From a virus (lineage: Duplodnaviria > Caudoviricetes), in the IMG/VR virus record IMGVR_UViG_3300048920_000392, positions 7,593 through 71,592 of that record: a stretch of 64,000 nt of DNA. One strand, 5' to 3'. The notes beneath the pieces were generated by a model, which saw only the letters and a program-made list of their open reading frames with translations, was not told where the DNA came from and searched no databases. A program made the position numbers and the translations under genes. Each line of letters opens with the position of its first letter. The first letter of the stretch is position 1. Positions 38,329-46,422 of this stretch are shown in pieces.

Positions 38329-38748
38329 CTACTTCCTGCCCGCCTTCCCAGCCTTCGTGCTCTTCTTTGCTTCTCGCGCCGCCTCCCTCTTCGTTGCTTC
38401 AACTGCTTTGAGCCTGCTGATAACGGTCTCAATCAGTTGCTTGTCCGTGCCGGTCGCCGTCTTCTTCCCGACATAAAGCACATAAAGGATCCCTGCATCC
38501 TTCATGTTGAAGACACATCGATAAGCCGGACTGCCTTGGATCTTCAGCTCCATTGCCACCATACCGCGGGGCAGTGAGAGATGACTAATCTCCAGCTCGG
38601 CTTTTGCCCCACTTTGAAGGGCCGTAAGCGAGTTGGCGATTTGATCGCGCGGTCCAACCGGCAAAGCTTTCAAGTCCTTAAGGGTTGAGCCTTCGAACTT
38701 GATTTCACGCTGATGATCAGCGGGTTCCGTTACATCGCTTGGGGGCAT
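38329..38748 (-). CDS. RelE/HigB (Gp49-like) toxin homolog
   Basis: IKFEGSTLKDLKALP...MELKIQGSPAYRCVF...LYVLYVGKKT...RLK. Confidence 0.8.
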   Translation of the reverse strand: MPPSDVTEPADHQREIKFEGSTLKDLKALPVGPRDQIANSLTALQSGAKAELEISHLSLPRGMVAMELKIQGSPAYRCVFNMKDAGILYVLYVGKKTATGTDKQLIETVISRLKAVEATKREAAREAKKSTKAGKAGRK

Positions 38749-38924
38749 GGTAATTACCTCGTTGGGTTGGGTATATCCGGATGCTTGTCATGATCTTTTC
38801 CCTAGTTGGTTGCCTGAAATCAGGCGAGCGCCACGCAAAATTGCGCGACTCGTTCATATTATCACTGTTTGTATAAAATGAAAATAGCGTGACAGGGCGC
38901 TGCCGGATGTCAGGTTTGCCTAGC

Positions 38925-38939
38925 GGGGGGGGGGGGGGG
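38925..38939 (+). repeat. G15 homopolymer followed by GC hairpin
   Basis: 15 consecutive G, then GGCGGGGGTG...CACCCCGCCCCC. Confidence 0.9.
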
Positions 38940-38994
38940 CGGCGGGGGTGGCGGCAAACACACCCCGCCCCCGTGGAAAAGCGGTAATCAGGCA

Positions 38995-39927
38995 ATGTGC
39001 TTTTCAGCCCAAATCAAGGCCGACTACCAGAAGCTGGTGCGCGAGTTCGGCGCAGTGGTCTCGCTCGACGAGTTCGCCGTGTTGTTCGCAGAAGACCCTG
39101 GCAAGAAGCGGCCAAAGACCCCCAAAGCCATGGACGACGCTTTTGCCGCCGGAAAGAGTCCGGCCGAGCGGGCCATCTGGGCCTCCATTCAGCTCTGGAA
39201 TGCCCGAGACGCAACAGCATTCGAGCAGGAGCTGTTCACCCAGAAGACCCGCCTGGTCACCGCTGAACGCGCGCTGCAGACCAAGGTCACAAAGAAGGCC
39301 CAGAACGACGTTCGCGTGGCAACCAACAAGGTCGCCCGCGCCCAAGGCAAGTTGGCCGACCTGCGACGGACCGACCAGGTGGCGAGGGATTCGCGAATCT
39401 ACCCTGGGGTGTACGGCACCGTCATCGTGTCCGAGGGCGGCAAGCGGGTGGTGAAGCCGATGCGCTACCAGTGTCGGCTGGCGGGCAAGCCGGCGAGCTA
39501 TGACCAGCGTTACCCCGGCACGTACAACGCAAGGCGCGACAGCCTGGAGGGGTTCTGGCGGCCGGCCTTCGGCCACACGCACGCGCTCATGGTGGTGGAT
39601 ACGTTTTACGAGAACGTGGAGGGCCCGGACGGCGGCAACCAGGTTGCGCAGTTCACACCCCGGACCGGAGATCCCATGCTGGTAGCATGCCTGTGGTCAC
39701 ACTGGGTCGATCCCGCCGGCGAGGAACCTGATCTACTTTCCTTCGCCGCGATCACCGATGACCCCGAGCCCGAGGTCGCCGCGGCTGGCCACGATCGGAC
39801 GATCATCAACATCAAGCCTGAGCACGTCGATTCCTGGCTCAACCCTGACCCGGCCGACCTTGGCGCACTGTATGCCATCTTCGACGAAAAGCGGCACCCG
39901 TTCTACGAGCACCGGTTGGCTGCGTAA
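38995..39927 (+). CDS. SOS response-associated peptidase (SRAP/HMCES family)
   Basis: N-terminal MC, YNARRDSL, FYE, SFAAITD, GHDRT motifs. Confidence 0.92.
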   Translation: MCFSAQIKADYQKLVREFGAVVSLDEFAVLFAEDPGKKRPKTPKAMDDAFAAGKSPAERAIWASIQLWNARDATAFEQELFTQKTRLVTAERALQTKVTKKAQNDVRVATNKVARAQGKLADLRRTDQVARDSRIYPGVYGTVIVSEGGKRVVKPMRYQCRLAGKPASYDQRYPGTYNARRDSLEGFWRPAFGHTHALMVVDTFYENVEGPDGGNQVAQFTPRTGDPMLVACLWSHWVDPAGEEPDLLSFAAITDDPEPEVAAAGHDRTIINIKPEHVDSWLNPDPADLGALYAIFDEKRHPFYEHRLAA

Positions 39928-40156
39928 GAGGGTAGCCCGAGCCGGCTGACAGCGCAGGTCTCAGGGGCGATGTGCTGGGGCCCTGTTCGCCAGTGTGCCT
40001 GCTCCTACCTCCCGGTGATAGCCCGCAGGCAGAGGCGGACTTTGGGCTCTGCCGCCCCCAGGCCCGAAAACTGGACTGGCGGAAGGGATCAGTTGATCAT
40101 CTGTCGAACGGTGGCTCGGTGTTCACCGACGGTTTGATCTTGGGCAGGGGGAAAGG

Positions 40157-40894
40157 ATGACACTGGCTTGGGCAACACTGGTCGAAGGGACGGAAACCCC
40201 TGCAGGCGACGGAATCACCGGCGCTTTACGCTGTGTCATAGAAATTGAGGATGGAGAACAAGTCGCGGCGGTCCTGAAAAGGGACACGCCAGACTTGGTG
40301 TTCGCGGAGGCACTCTGCGGCATGTTGCTAACGAAATGGGGCCTGAAGGTCCCCGCGCCGTATCTTGTCAATGAGCCGGATCGGATTTCATTTGCGAGTG
40401 CCGACGTAGGGTATCCAAATCTCAAGAAGGCACTTGGTCTCGACAGTCAGAGTCTCTCTGCGGAGGAGGCTGACGAGTTGACGCGATTGGCTTTCGATGT
40501 CGTGATGTCGTTCCCCACCACTTCGCTGGCAATCGCCCTCGATGAGGCGATAGATAACAGAGATCGCAATTTGGGGAACATTCTTTGGGACGGTTCAGAA
40601 GAAGCGTGGATTGACCATGCGTTCGCGCTTGGCAACGGCGTTGCAATGCCGGATCGGAACATTCTGTGCGAGATCGCAACCTTCAACGGGCTCGCCGATC
40701 AGAGCAGCCAGGCGGCCATAGCAAGATGGGCCTCCTTGGACCGCGACGCCGTTGCCGACGCAGCTGGTGAGATCGGCGGATTGCACGATTGCACTGCCTG
40801 GCAAGACTTGGTCCTACGGCGCCTTGATACCCTCGGCATGCGGATTCTGGCGCGCTTTCCGCAGCCCCACGATCTCTTAGGCCATACTCCATGA
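40157..40894 (+). CDS. HipA-like (PI3/4-kinase-fold) Ser/Thr kinase
   Basis: AVLK, AEALCG, DNRDRNLGNILW, WIDHAFA. Confidence 0.85.
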   Translation: MTLAWATLVEGTETPAGDGITGALRCVIEIEDGEQVAAVLKRDTPDLVFAEALCGMLLTKWGLKVPAPYLVNEPDRISFASADVGYPNLKKALGLDSQSLSAEEADELTRLAFDVVMSFPTTSLAIALDEAIDNRDRNLGNILWDGSEEAWIDHAFALGNGVAMPDRNILCEIATFNGLADQSSQAAIARWASLDRDAVADAAGEIGGLHDCTAWQDLVLRRLDTLGMRILARFPQPHDLLGHTP

Positions 40895-41757
40895 ATACAA
40901 TCTTGACCGAAACAGGCAGCGGCACAGACAGCAGGGCAATGCACCCCTGGCGCCCCCTGTTCTGGGAGCCAGTGTCTGGAACTGGGGAACGAATCCTCGC
41001 CGGGATCATCTATTCTTTTGACGGTGCCCACGGAGTGTCGCGTCTGATCCGTGACGAGGTGCTGGACGGGATGTTTGGCAAGCAAGCAGGCGGAGCTCGG
41101 AAACTGATCGAGCACTCCCTAAAGTCATTCTTGGCAATGGCAAATCAACGTGAAGATGGCCTTGGCCAGCTTGATCGTCCATTCATGGGCCTCTTCCCGG
41201 GCGGAGTTCGCCTGACCAGTGCCGCAACCGTACCAGCGTTGCTCAGGACGGCGGCATTGCTGTATTCCAGCATGGCTAATCTGGCTAAGCTTGAGGAACT
41301 CGACCAGTCCGATACGCCTCTTCCGGAAGAGATAAATAGGCGTTTCAGCACCGAGGTGCGCGACATCGTAATTGGGCTGCGGCCGGAATTCGCAGACTAC
41401 TTCGGCCGTACCGCGCAGCTGGTTCAAGGCGGTCAGCGTGTGCGCTTCGGGTTCTGCTCGCCCGGTGCCGTCATGCATTTCAGCGTCTTGCATCCTGCCC
41501 GTGTCAGCGCGAGCATTCGAGACGCACGAGCCCGCTTGTTCGAACTACAACGTGCGCGCGAACACACCGGAATTTCAAATGCTGCCCTCATCGGTGCAGT
41601 GAGCCGCAACGATGATGCGACTCTTGATAGACGGCAGCGTCAGGCGGTAGATGTGGCGAGGCAGGAAATCGAGGCTGAGGCCGACGCGGCCAGCCTCCAT
41701 TTCTATCCGGTTACCTCTGCCCAAGAAGGCGCGGAGCGCGTTCTTCAAGCAGCGTGA
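40891..41757 (+). CDS. Kinase-partner protein (DUF3037-like N-terminus)
   Basis: 4-nt overlap with kinase; PLFWEPVSGTGERILAGII N-terminal motif. Confidence 0.65.
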   Translation: MNTILTETGSGTDSRAMHPWRPLFWEPVSGTGERILAGIIYSFDGAHGVSRLIRDEVLDGMFGKQAGGARKLIEHSLKSFLAMANQREDGLGQLDRPFMGLFPGGVRLTSAATVPALLRTAALLYSSMANLAKLEELDQSDTPLPEEINRRFSTEVRDIVIGLRPEFADYFGRTAQLVQGGQRVRFGFCSPGAVMHFSVLHPARVSASIRDARARLFELQRAREHTGISNAALIGAVSRNDDATLDRRQRQAVDVARQEIEAEADAASLHFYPVTSAQEGAERVLQAA

Positions 41758-41785
41758 CAATGAAATGAACTTCTGCGCGCTCCTC

Positions 41786-43036
41786 TCAGCAGCGCGCGCG
41801 CGGCAGCTCTAGGACCGAAGTAGTGTAGTTGGGGGACAGCATGTGCTGCCGCATGCCCCATGCCGGCTTGTCCTTCCAGCCAGATGCGCCAAGTCCGGCC
41901 ACGCCGCGTCCGAACTTCCGGTTGATCTGATCGAGGGTCGCCATCAGCGCATCGTTTCCAGCAACGGCCGGGCCGAACAGATCGGCCTGCAGGTCGTGGG
42001 GCTTGGCCAGGTCCAGCAACGCGACTCCGGCCTTCTTGTACCCGATGCCGTCTCTCAGCAGGCCGCGGAGGAGCTGTCTCACGGTCCCGAGCACGAGCAT
42101 GGTGTCCGAGGTCGCTGCCGGCAGCACGACCGATCGTGTCGCGTTGTGCTGCGGCAGTTCGGGCCGGAAGGTGTCGGAATGTGCAAACACCCAGAGGCCG
42201 GAGGCCACCAGCCCACGCGCGCGCAGCTTCTCGCAGGCCCGGACCGCAAAGGTGGCCAGCGCCTGGGCAATCGCGTCGTGGTCGGCCACCCGATCCGCGA
42301 ACGAGCGGCTCACCATGATCTGCTGCCGATCCGGTTCCACTTCCTCCAGCTCCATGCACGCATGCCCCTGCAGCTCCCGCTGAGTCCGCGCCAGCGTCAC
42401 GCCGAAGGTGGCAAGGATGTCGTCGGGTGGCGCGTCACGCAGGTCGGCGGCGGTCCTGATGCCCAAACGCATCAGCTTGGGCGCCAAGCGTCGCCCAACA
42501 CCCCATAGGTCCTCCACTGGAAACCGGCGCAGCAGTTCCTCCCGTTTCACCGGGTCGCCTAGGTCGACAACGCCATCGGCCGACTTCGCTGCCTTGTTCG
42601 CCAGCTTTGCCAACGTCTTCGTCGGGCCGATACCGATGCAGTTCGGAATACCGGTCCACCGGTGCACCCGCGCGCGCAGCTCCCGCGCAAAACGCTCCCT
42701 GTTCCGAACGCGCTCTAGGTCGATGAAGCTCTCGTCGATGCTGTAGACCTCAACGCGCGGCGCCGCATCGCGTAGCACGGATACCACACGACCGCTCAGG
42801 TCCCCATACAGCCCGAAGTTGGCGGAGCGCAGCTGCAGGCCGTGGTGCCGCACCAGGTGCTTCAGCTCGTGCGCGGGCTGGCCCATCTTGATGCCCAAGG
42901 CTTTGGCTTCTGCCGATCGGGCGATCGCGCACCCGTCGTTGTTGCTCAGCACCACCAACGGTTTGCCGCGCAGAGCCGGTTGGAAGACCCGCTCGCAGCT
43001 GGCATAGAAATTGTTGCCGTCAACGAGCCCGAACAT
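41786..43036 (-). CDS. umuC: Y-family DNA polymerase V catalytic subunit
   Basis: LVDGNNFYASCE, SNNDGC, YSIDE, GIGPTKTLAKLAN, WGMRQHMLSPNYTT. Confidence 0.96.
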   Translation of the reverse strand: MFGLVDGNNFYASCERVFQPALRGKPLVVLSNNDGCAIARSAEAKALGIKMGQPAHELKHLVRHHGLQLRSANFGLYGDLSGRVVSVLRDAAPRVEVYSIDESFIDLERVRNRERFARELRARVHRWTGIPNCIGIGPTKTLAKLANKAAKSADGVVDLGDPVKREELLRRFPVEDLWGVGRRLAPKLMRLGIRTAADLRDAPPDDILATFGVTLARTQRELQGHACMELEEVEPDRQQIMVSRSFADRVADHDAIAQALATFAVRACEKLRARGLVASGLWVFAHSDTFRPELPQHNATRSVVLPAATSDTMLVLGTVRQLLRGLLRDGIGYKKAGVALLDLAKPHDLQADLFGPAVAGNDALMATLDQINRKFGRGVAGLGASGWKDKPAWGMRQHMLSPNYTTSVLELPRARC

Positions 43037-43502
43037 GGCCGCGCCTCCGCTGGATCTGGCGGACGACGCCGACTACGGCGAACACCTCGACCTCGGTGCC
43101 CTGCTCGAGCACGATGGGCGGGAATTCCGGGTTGGCCGAATGCAGCTCCAGGTGGTGCTCGAACGCCTTGAGCACCTTGCACGTGGGCTGGTTGCCGTCC
43201 CAGATGGCAATGACCAGGTCGCCGGGCTGCGGTTGCACGGATCGGTCGACCACGAGGATGTCGCCGTCGCTGATGCCCACGCCGAGCATGGACCAGCCGT
43301 CGGCGCGGTACAGGAAGGTGGCGGCCGGGTTTCGGACCAGGAGGCGGTGCAGATCAACTGCCTCATCCATGAAGTCGTCGGCCGGGGAAGGGAAGCCCAG
43401 GCGGGCGCGCGCGCCGGCCAGGGGGACGAAATGCGCCGGGCCGTCGATGGCCGCGGGACCGATCAACGTGGCGATCGTGTGGGGAATGGGTAGGGACTGC
43501 AT
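43020..43502 (-). CDS. umuD: Pol V accessory subunit (S24 peptidase)
   Basis: GFPSPADD, GWSM, DGDILVVDRS, TCK. Confidence 0.94.
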   Translation of the reverse strand: MQSLPIPHTIATLIGPAAIDGPAHFVPLAGARARLGFPSPADDFMDEAVDLHRLLVRNPAATFLYRADGWSMLGVGISDGDILVVDRSVQPQPGDLVIAIWDGNQPTCKVLKAFEHHLELHSANPEFPPIVLEQGTEVEVFAVVGVVRQIQRRRGHVRAR

Positions 43503-43552
43503 GGCGGGAACTCTGGCTGGGCGTTGTCTCATGACGAGAGACGGCCCGAATG

Positions 43553-43568
43553 TTAGTACAATTACTAA
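43553..43568. promoter_or_regulatory. Xanthomonadales-type LexA (SOS) box
   Basis: TTAG-TACAAT-TACTA(A), matches TTAG-N6-TACTA; about 50 bp upstream of umuD. Confidence 0.85.
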
Positions 43569-43660
43569 CTGACTGGATGACCGGTTCACGCCGATGCCTG
43601 TTCAGCGGCCCGGCGGCTACGTATCAGGCTCTGCGACGAGGCGCATTCAGAATTGAGGCC

Positions 43661-43882
43661 ATGGGAAAGACTGTCGAGGAAAAGGCCCGCTGGGCAAGGG
43701 GCAAGGCGGCCGGGCTGTGGGCCCGGGTAAACGCCTTGGACGCAATCACCGGTGGCGACTGGCAGGCCCGCGCGCGCCGTCGGCGTGCTGCCGGCCGACT
43801 GGTCCAGGAAGCGGCACGCTATGAGCGCATGGCCACGTGCTTTGAAGGCCCGGAAGCATGGGCCGATGACAGCCCGTTCTGA
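43661..43882 (+). CDS. Small basic hypothetical protein
   Basis: GAGG SD before ATG 43661; 73 aa; divergent from umuD. Confidence 0.5.
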   Translation: MGKTVEEKARWARGKAAGLWARVNALDAITGGDWQARARRRRAAGRLVQEAARYERMATCFEGPEAWADDSPF

Positions 43883-43970
43883 CGTTGGGGAGTCGCCTAT
43901 GGGCACATCAAGCGGCAATTTGATAGCGCGTTAAGGCAAGATGCGACCTACCCAAGGAGTGGATAGATCG

Positions 43971-44684
43971 ATGTCGGACGTTACAGCGCACGCCAGCCCA
44001 GTGAGTGCTAGCAGCAGTGGCATTGCGCCCACCGCTTCCAGCGGGCCTAGTTCTCCTTCGTCTAGCCCACTGGTCGGCGTGATTGCCACACCAAGTCAGC
44101 CCACTCCGGCAGCACCTCTGCCTGCTGGCGATTTGCCTTGGTCAACCCTCATTCCTGTCGCCACCCTGGTCTTGGGTTTCCTGCTGAAATGGCTGCAGGA
44201 TTGGTCGATGGAACGTAGAAGGGAGAGGGGGCAGGAGCGGCTGCGTCGTGAATTACGTGCGGACTCGCTGCTTGAGCGCCGCATCGAGATAGAACGGTCC
44301 AATCTGCTCGCCCTGCAGCCGATCCTCTCAAGGTTATCTATTGCCGCGGCTGAATTTCACCACGCGAGGCAGATCCGATTTGGAAACACTGGCACGTGGA
44401 GCGCCAGTGGCCTGCCCCAGACGCTTTACGACAATCGGCGGGAAGCCTACGAGCACCTGCTGCCAATCCGCGCCCGGCTACATACGATCGACATCATGCA
44501 CAGGTTGGACGAACTCACGGACCTAGGCCAAGCGTGCGCCGTCGCAACAGGTCCTCAAGCCGCCATAGTTGCCCTTGCCGATCACACTGAATGTGTGAGA
44601 TTGCTCCATGGGGTGGTCGGAACCAAGATTCGAGAGTTGGAATTCCAGCTACTGGATATGGTCAGGCGTGCCAAATCAGCCTGA
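43971..44684 (+). CDS. Moron: single-TM protein with Ser/Pro-rich N-terminus and helical C-domain
   Basis: GGAG SD; WSTLIPVATLVLGFLLKWL TM followed by RRRERGQERLRRE. Confidence 0.7.
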   Translation: MSDVTAHASPVSASSSGIAPTASSGPSSPSSSPLVGVIATPSQPTPAAPLPAGDLPWSTLIPVATLVLGFLLKWLQDWSMERRRERGQERLRRELRADSLLERRIEIERSNLLALQPILSRLSIAAAEFHHARQIRFGNTGTWSASGLPQTLYDNRREAYEHLLPIRARLHTIDIMHRLDELTDLGQACAVATGPQAAIVALADHTECVRLLHGVVGTKIRELEFQLLDMVRRAKSA

Positions 44685-44735
44685 TCCCCGGACATTGCTC
44701 TTTGCCATCAGGGCATCTGGATATGCAGGGGAGCG

Positions 44736-46061
44736 TTAACCCACCCGACGACGTGTGATCGACGCCACGGACGCGGGTTTGGACGTCAGAAGCTTGAAGA
44801 GGGCCGCGAGCGCGGCGCGCTTCTCCGCTGCGTACTCGTGCATGTTGTAGTGGCGCTTCTGCACTCCGCCCAGGCCATGTGACTGCAGCTGGCCGCGGGC
44901 CTCTTCGCTTTGGCCGACGGCGGCCAGCCGGGTCTCGATGGTCCGACGGAGGTCGCCGGGAGTGAAGGGGGCCCCTTCTAGTTCACCGGCTGTATCCATC
45001 GCCGCCACAATGGGATCGAGCACGCCTCGGAACACGTCGTAGCTGGCCGGCGCATCCCCGTGGCTGATGGTGAACAGGTACGGCCCGAGCGCATCGCCGC
45101 GCATGTCCTGCAGCGCCGCCATGGCTGTTGGGATCAGCGGCACGAAGTGCCGCCGGGGCTTCTTGCGGCGGCCCTTGGTATCGAGCAGGCACACAGTCCT
45201 CGAGTCGGCATCGAGCCCGTCGACCTGCAGGCGTGCGAGCTGTGCAATGCGCTGTCCGCCGGTGAGCAGGTGGAATCGCAGCATGGCCGCGCCGGCACCA
45301 GGTGCGGTGCTGATCCGACGCCAGTAGCCGCGCAGCTCCGCCAGCGACAGAGACCGCTCTCGGGCGTTACTCCCACCTTCGATGGTGGCCAGGTCGCGCG
45401 CTGGATTCGTGGAAATGTTCAGATCGCGCAGCGCGGCGATCGACCGGGCATCTTGCCGCGCCCGGATAGCAGCAGCGTACGCGGCCCGGATGTAGGACCG
45501 AACCTTACCCGCTTCTCGCAGCTTTCCGGCCGCGACAACGCGGGCGACAACCGGTAGCAGATCCTCCAAGGTGAGGTCATCGGCGGGTCTGGACCAGAGT
45601 GCCGGCCATGGCAACTTGATGTGTAGATCAATCGCCGTCTCGGTCCCGCGCGCGCTGACCTTGCCCTCGGCGCGCAGGCTGTCGACATAGGCCTGCATCA
45701 GCGCGCCCAGGCTTGCCTCCGCCTTCGTCGCGCGTGCGACCTCCGCCGCGCGCGCCGCTCGTTCGGCCTCGCGCTTCTCGGCTTCGATCGCACCACGCAG
45801 GTCACGGTCGCCGCGCTGGTAGCGTTGCGAGAGCTGCGCCGCAATCGCGCGCGCGTCCGTCAGGGAAATGCCCGATCCGATAGGCAGGCGATCGCGCGAG
45901 CCGTCGGGTGCGGTGTAGCGGTAGTAATACGCTGCCTGCGTTCCGACGAGCTTGCGCACCTGCAATCTGCCGGCACCACGTGGCGCCGGATCGGCCGCCC
46001 ATTCGCCTGGCGCCATTGCTGCAATGCCTTTTGCGGTAAGTACTCCGGTCTTCGTCGCCAT
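44736..46061 (-). CDS. int: Prophage tyrosine integrase
   Basis: Arm-binding N-terminus, TGGQRIAQL, DLRRT, QSH...RHY catalytic residues; next to att. Confidence 0.93.
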   Translation of the reverse strand: MATKTGVLTAKGIAAMAPGEWAADPAPRGAGRLQVRKLVGTQAAYYYRYTAPDGSRDRLPIGSGISLTDARAIAAQLSQRYQRGDRDLRGAIEAEKREAERAARAAEVARATKAEASLGALMQAYVDSLRAEGKVSARGTETAIDLHIKLPWPALWSRPADDLTLEDLLPVVARVVAAGKLREAGKVRSYIRAAYAAAIRARQDARSIAALRDLNISTNPARDLATIEGGSNARERSLSLAELRGYWRRISTAPGAGAAMLRFHLLTGGQRIAQLARLQVDGLDADSRTVCLLDTKGRRKKPRRHFVPLIPTAMAALQDMRGDALGPYLFTISHGDAPASYDVFRGVLDPIVAAMDTAGELEGAPFTPGDLRRTIETRLAAVGQSEEARGQLQSHGLGGVQKRHYNMHEYAAEKRAALAALFKLLTSKPASVASITRRRVG

Positions 46062-46199
46062 CGGTGCCCGTTCGGTGCCCGTTTGTTCGTGGATGGGGGT
46101 GGACAATGGTGGGCGATGGTGGTCGCACAACGTGAGAAAAACAACGACTTAGCGTTAAGAAACGCGGGCCGTGGAAGGCGGTGGAGCGATCACACCTGC

Positions 46200-46244
46200 C
46201 TCATAATCCTTTGGTTCCAGGTTCGAATCCTGGTGGGCCCACCA
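46200..46244 (+). repeat. att site: 3' half of a tRNA with CAT anticodon (Ile2/Met type), anticodon loop to CCA
   Basis: CTCATAA-TCCTT-TGGTT-CCAGGTTCGAATCCTGG-TGGGCCC-ACCA; the 5' half of the tRNA is absent here. Confidence 0.9.
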
Positions 46245-46357
46245 CATTGAAGTCCGACGACGTCCAGGGTTGTCCGAGCGAAGCGCGGAAACGCAAGGAA
46301 TTGAGCGATCTGCCGTCCGTCAGCGTCCATCTGCGTCCACTTGCATCCGGCAAGAAA

Positions 46358-46422
46358 GTGAGTCAGGCTGTGAGCCAAGGGTCGGGAATTTCCTACCCCG
46401 ACTCACTGGCGGATGACTCACA
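46358..46422. repeat. Probable integrase arm-type sites GTGAG(T/C)C
   Basis: GTGAGTCA 46358, GTGAGCCA 46370, inverted GACTCAC 46400 and 46416; GTGAGTCAGG again at 59836. Confidence 0.5.

Larger units (their letters stand above)
1..46244. mobile_element. Lambdoid (siphovirus-type) prophage; left end outside window, right end at tRNA 3' fragment att site
   Basis: Ordered cI/cro, replication, lysis, terminase, portal, capsid, tail and tape-measure modules; tyrosine integrase at 44736-46061 abutting a tRNA fragment. Confidence 0.95.

Noticed and set aside
46166-46244. Possible intact tRNA-Ile2/Met
   Set aside because: The upstream sequence gives no D-arm and no 5' anticodon stem pairing with TCCTT, and the acceptor pairing is broken; only the 3' half is present
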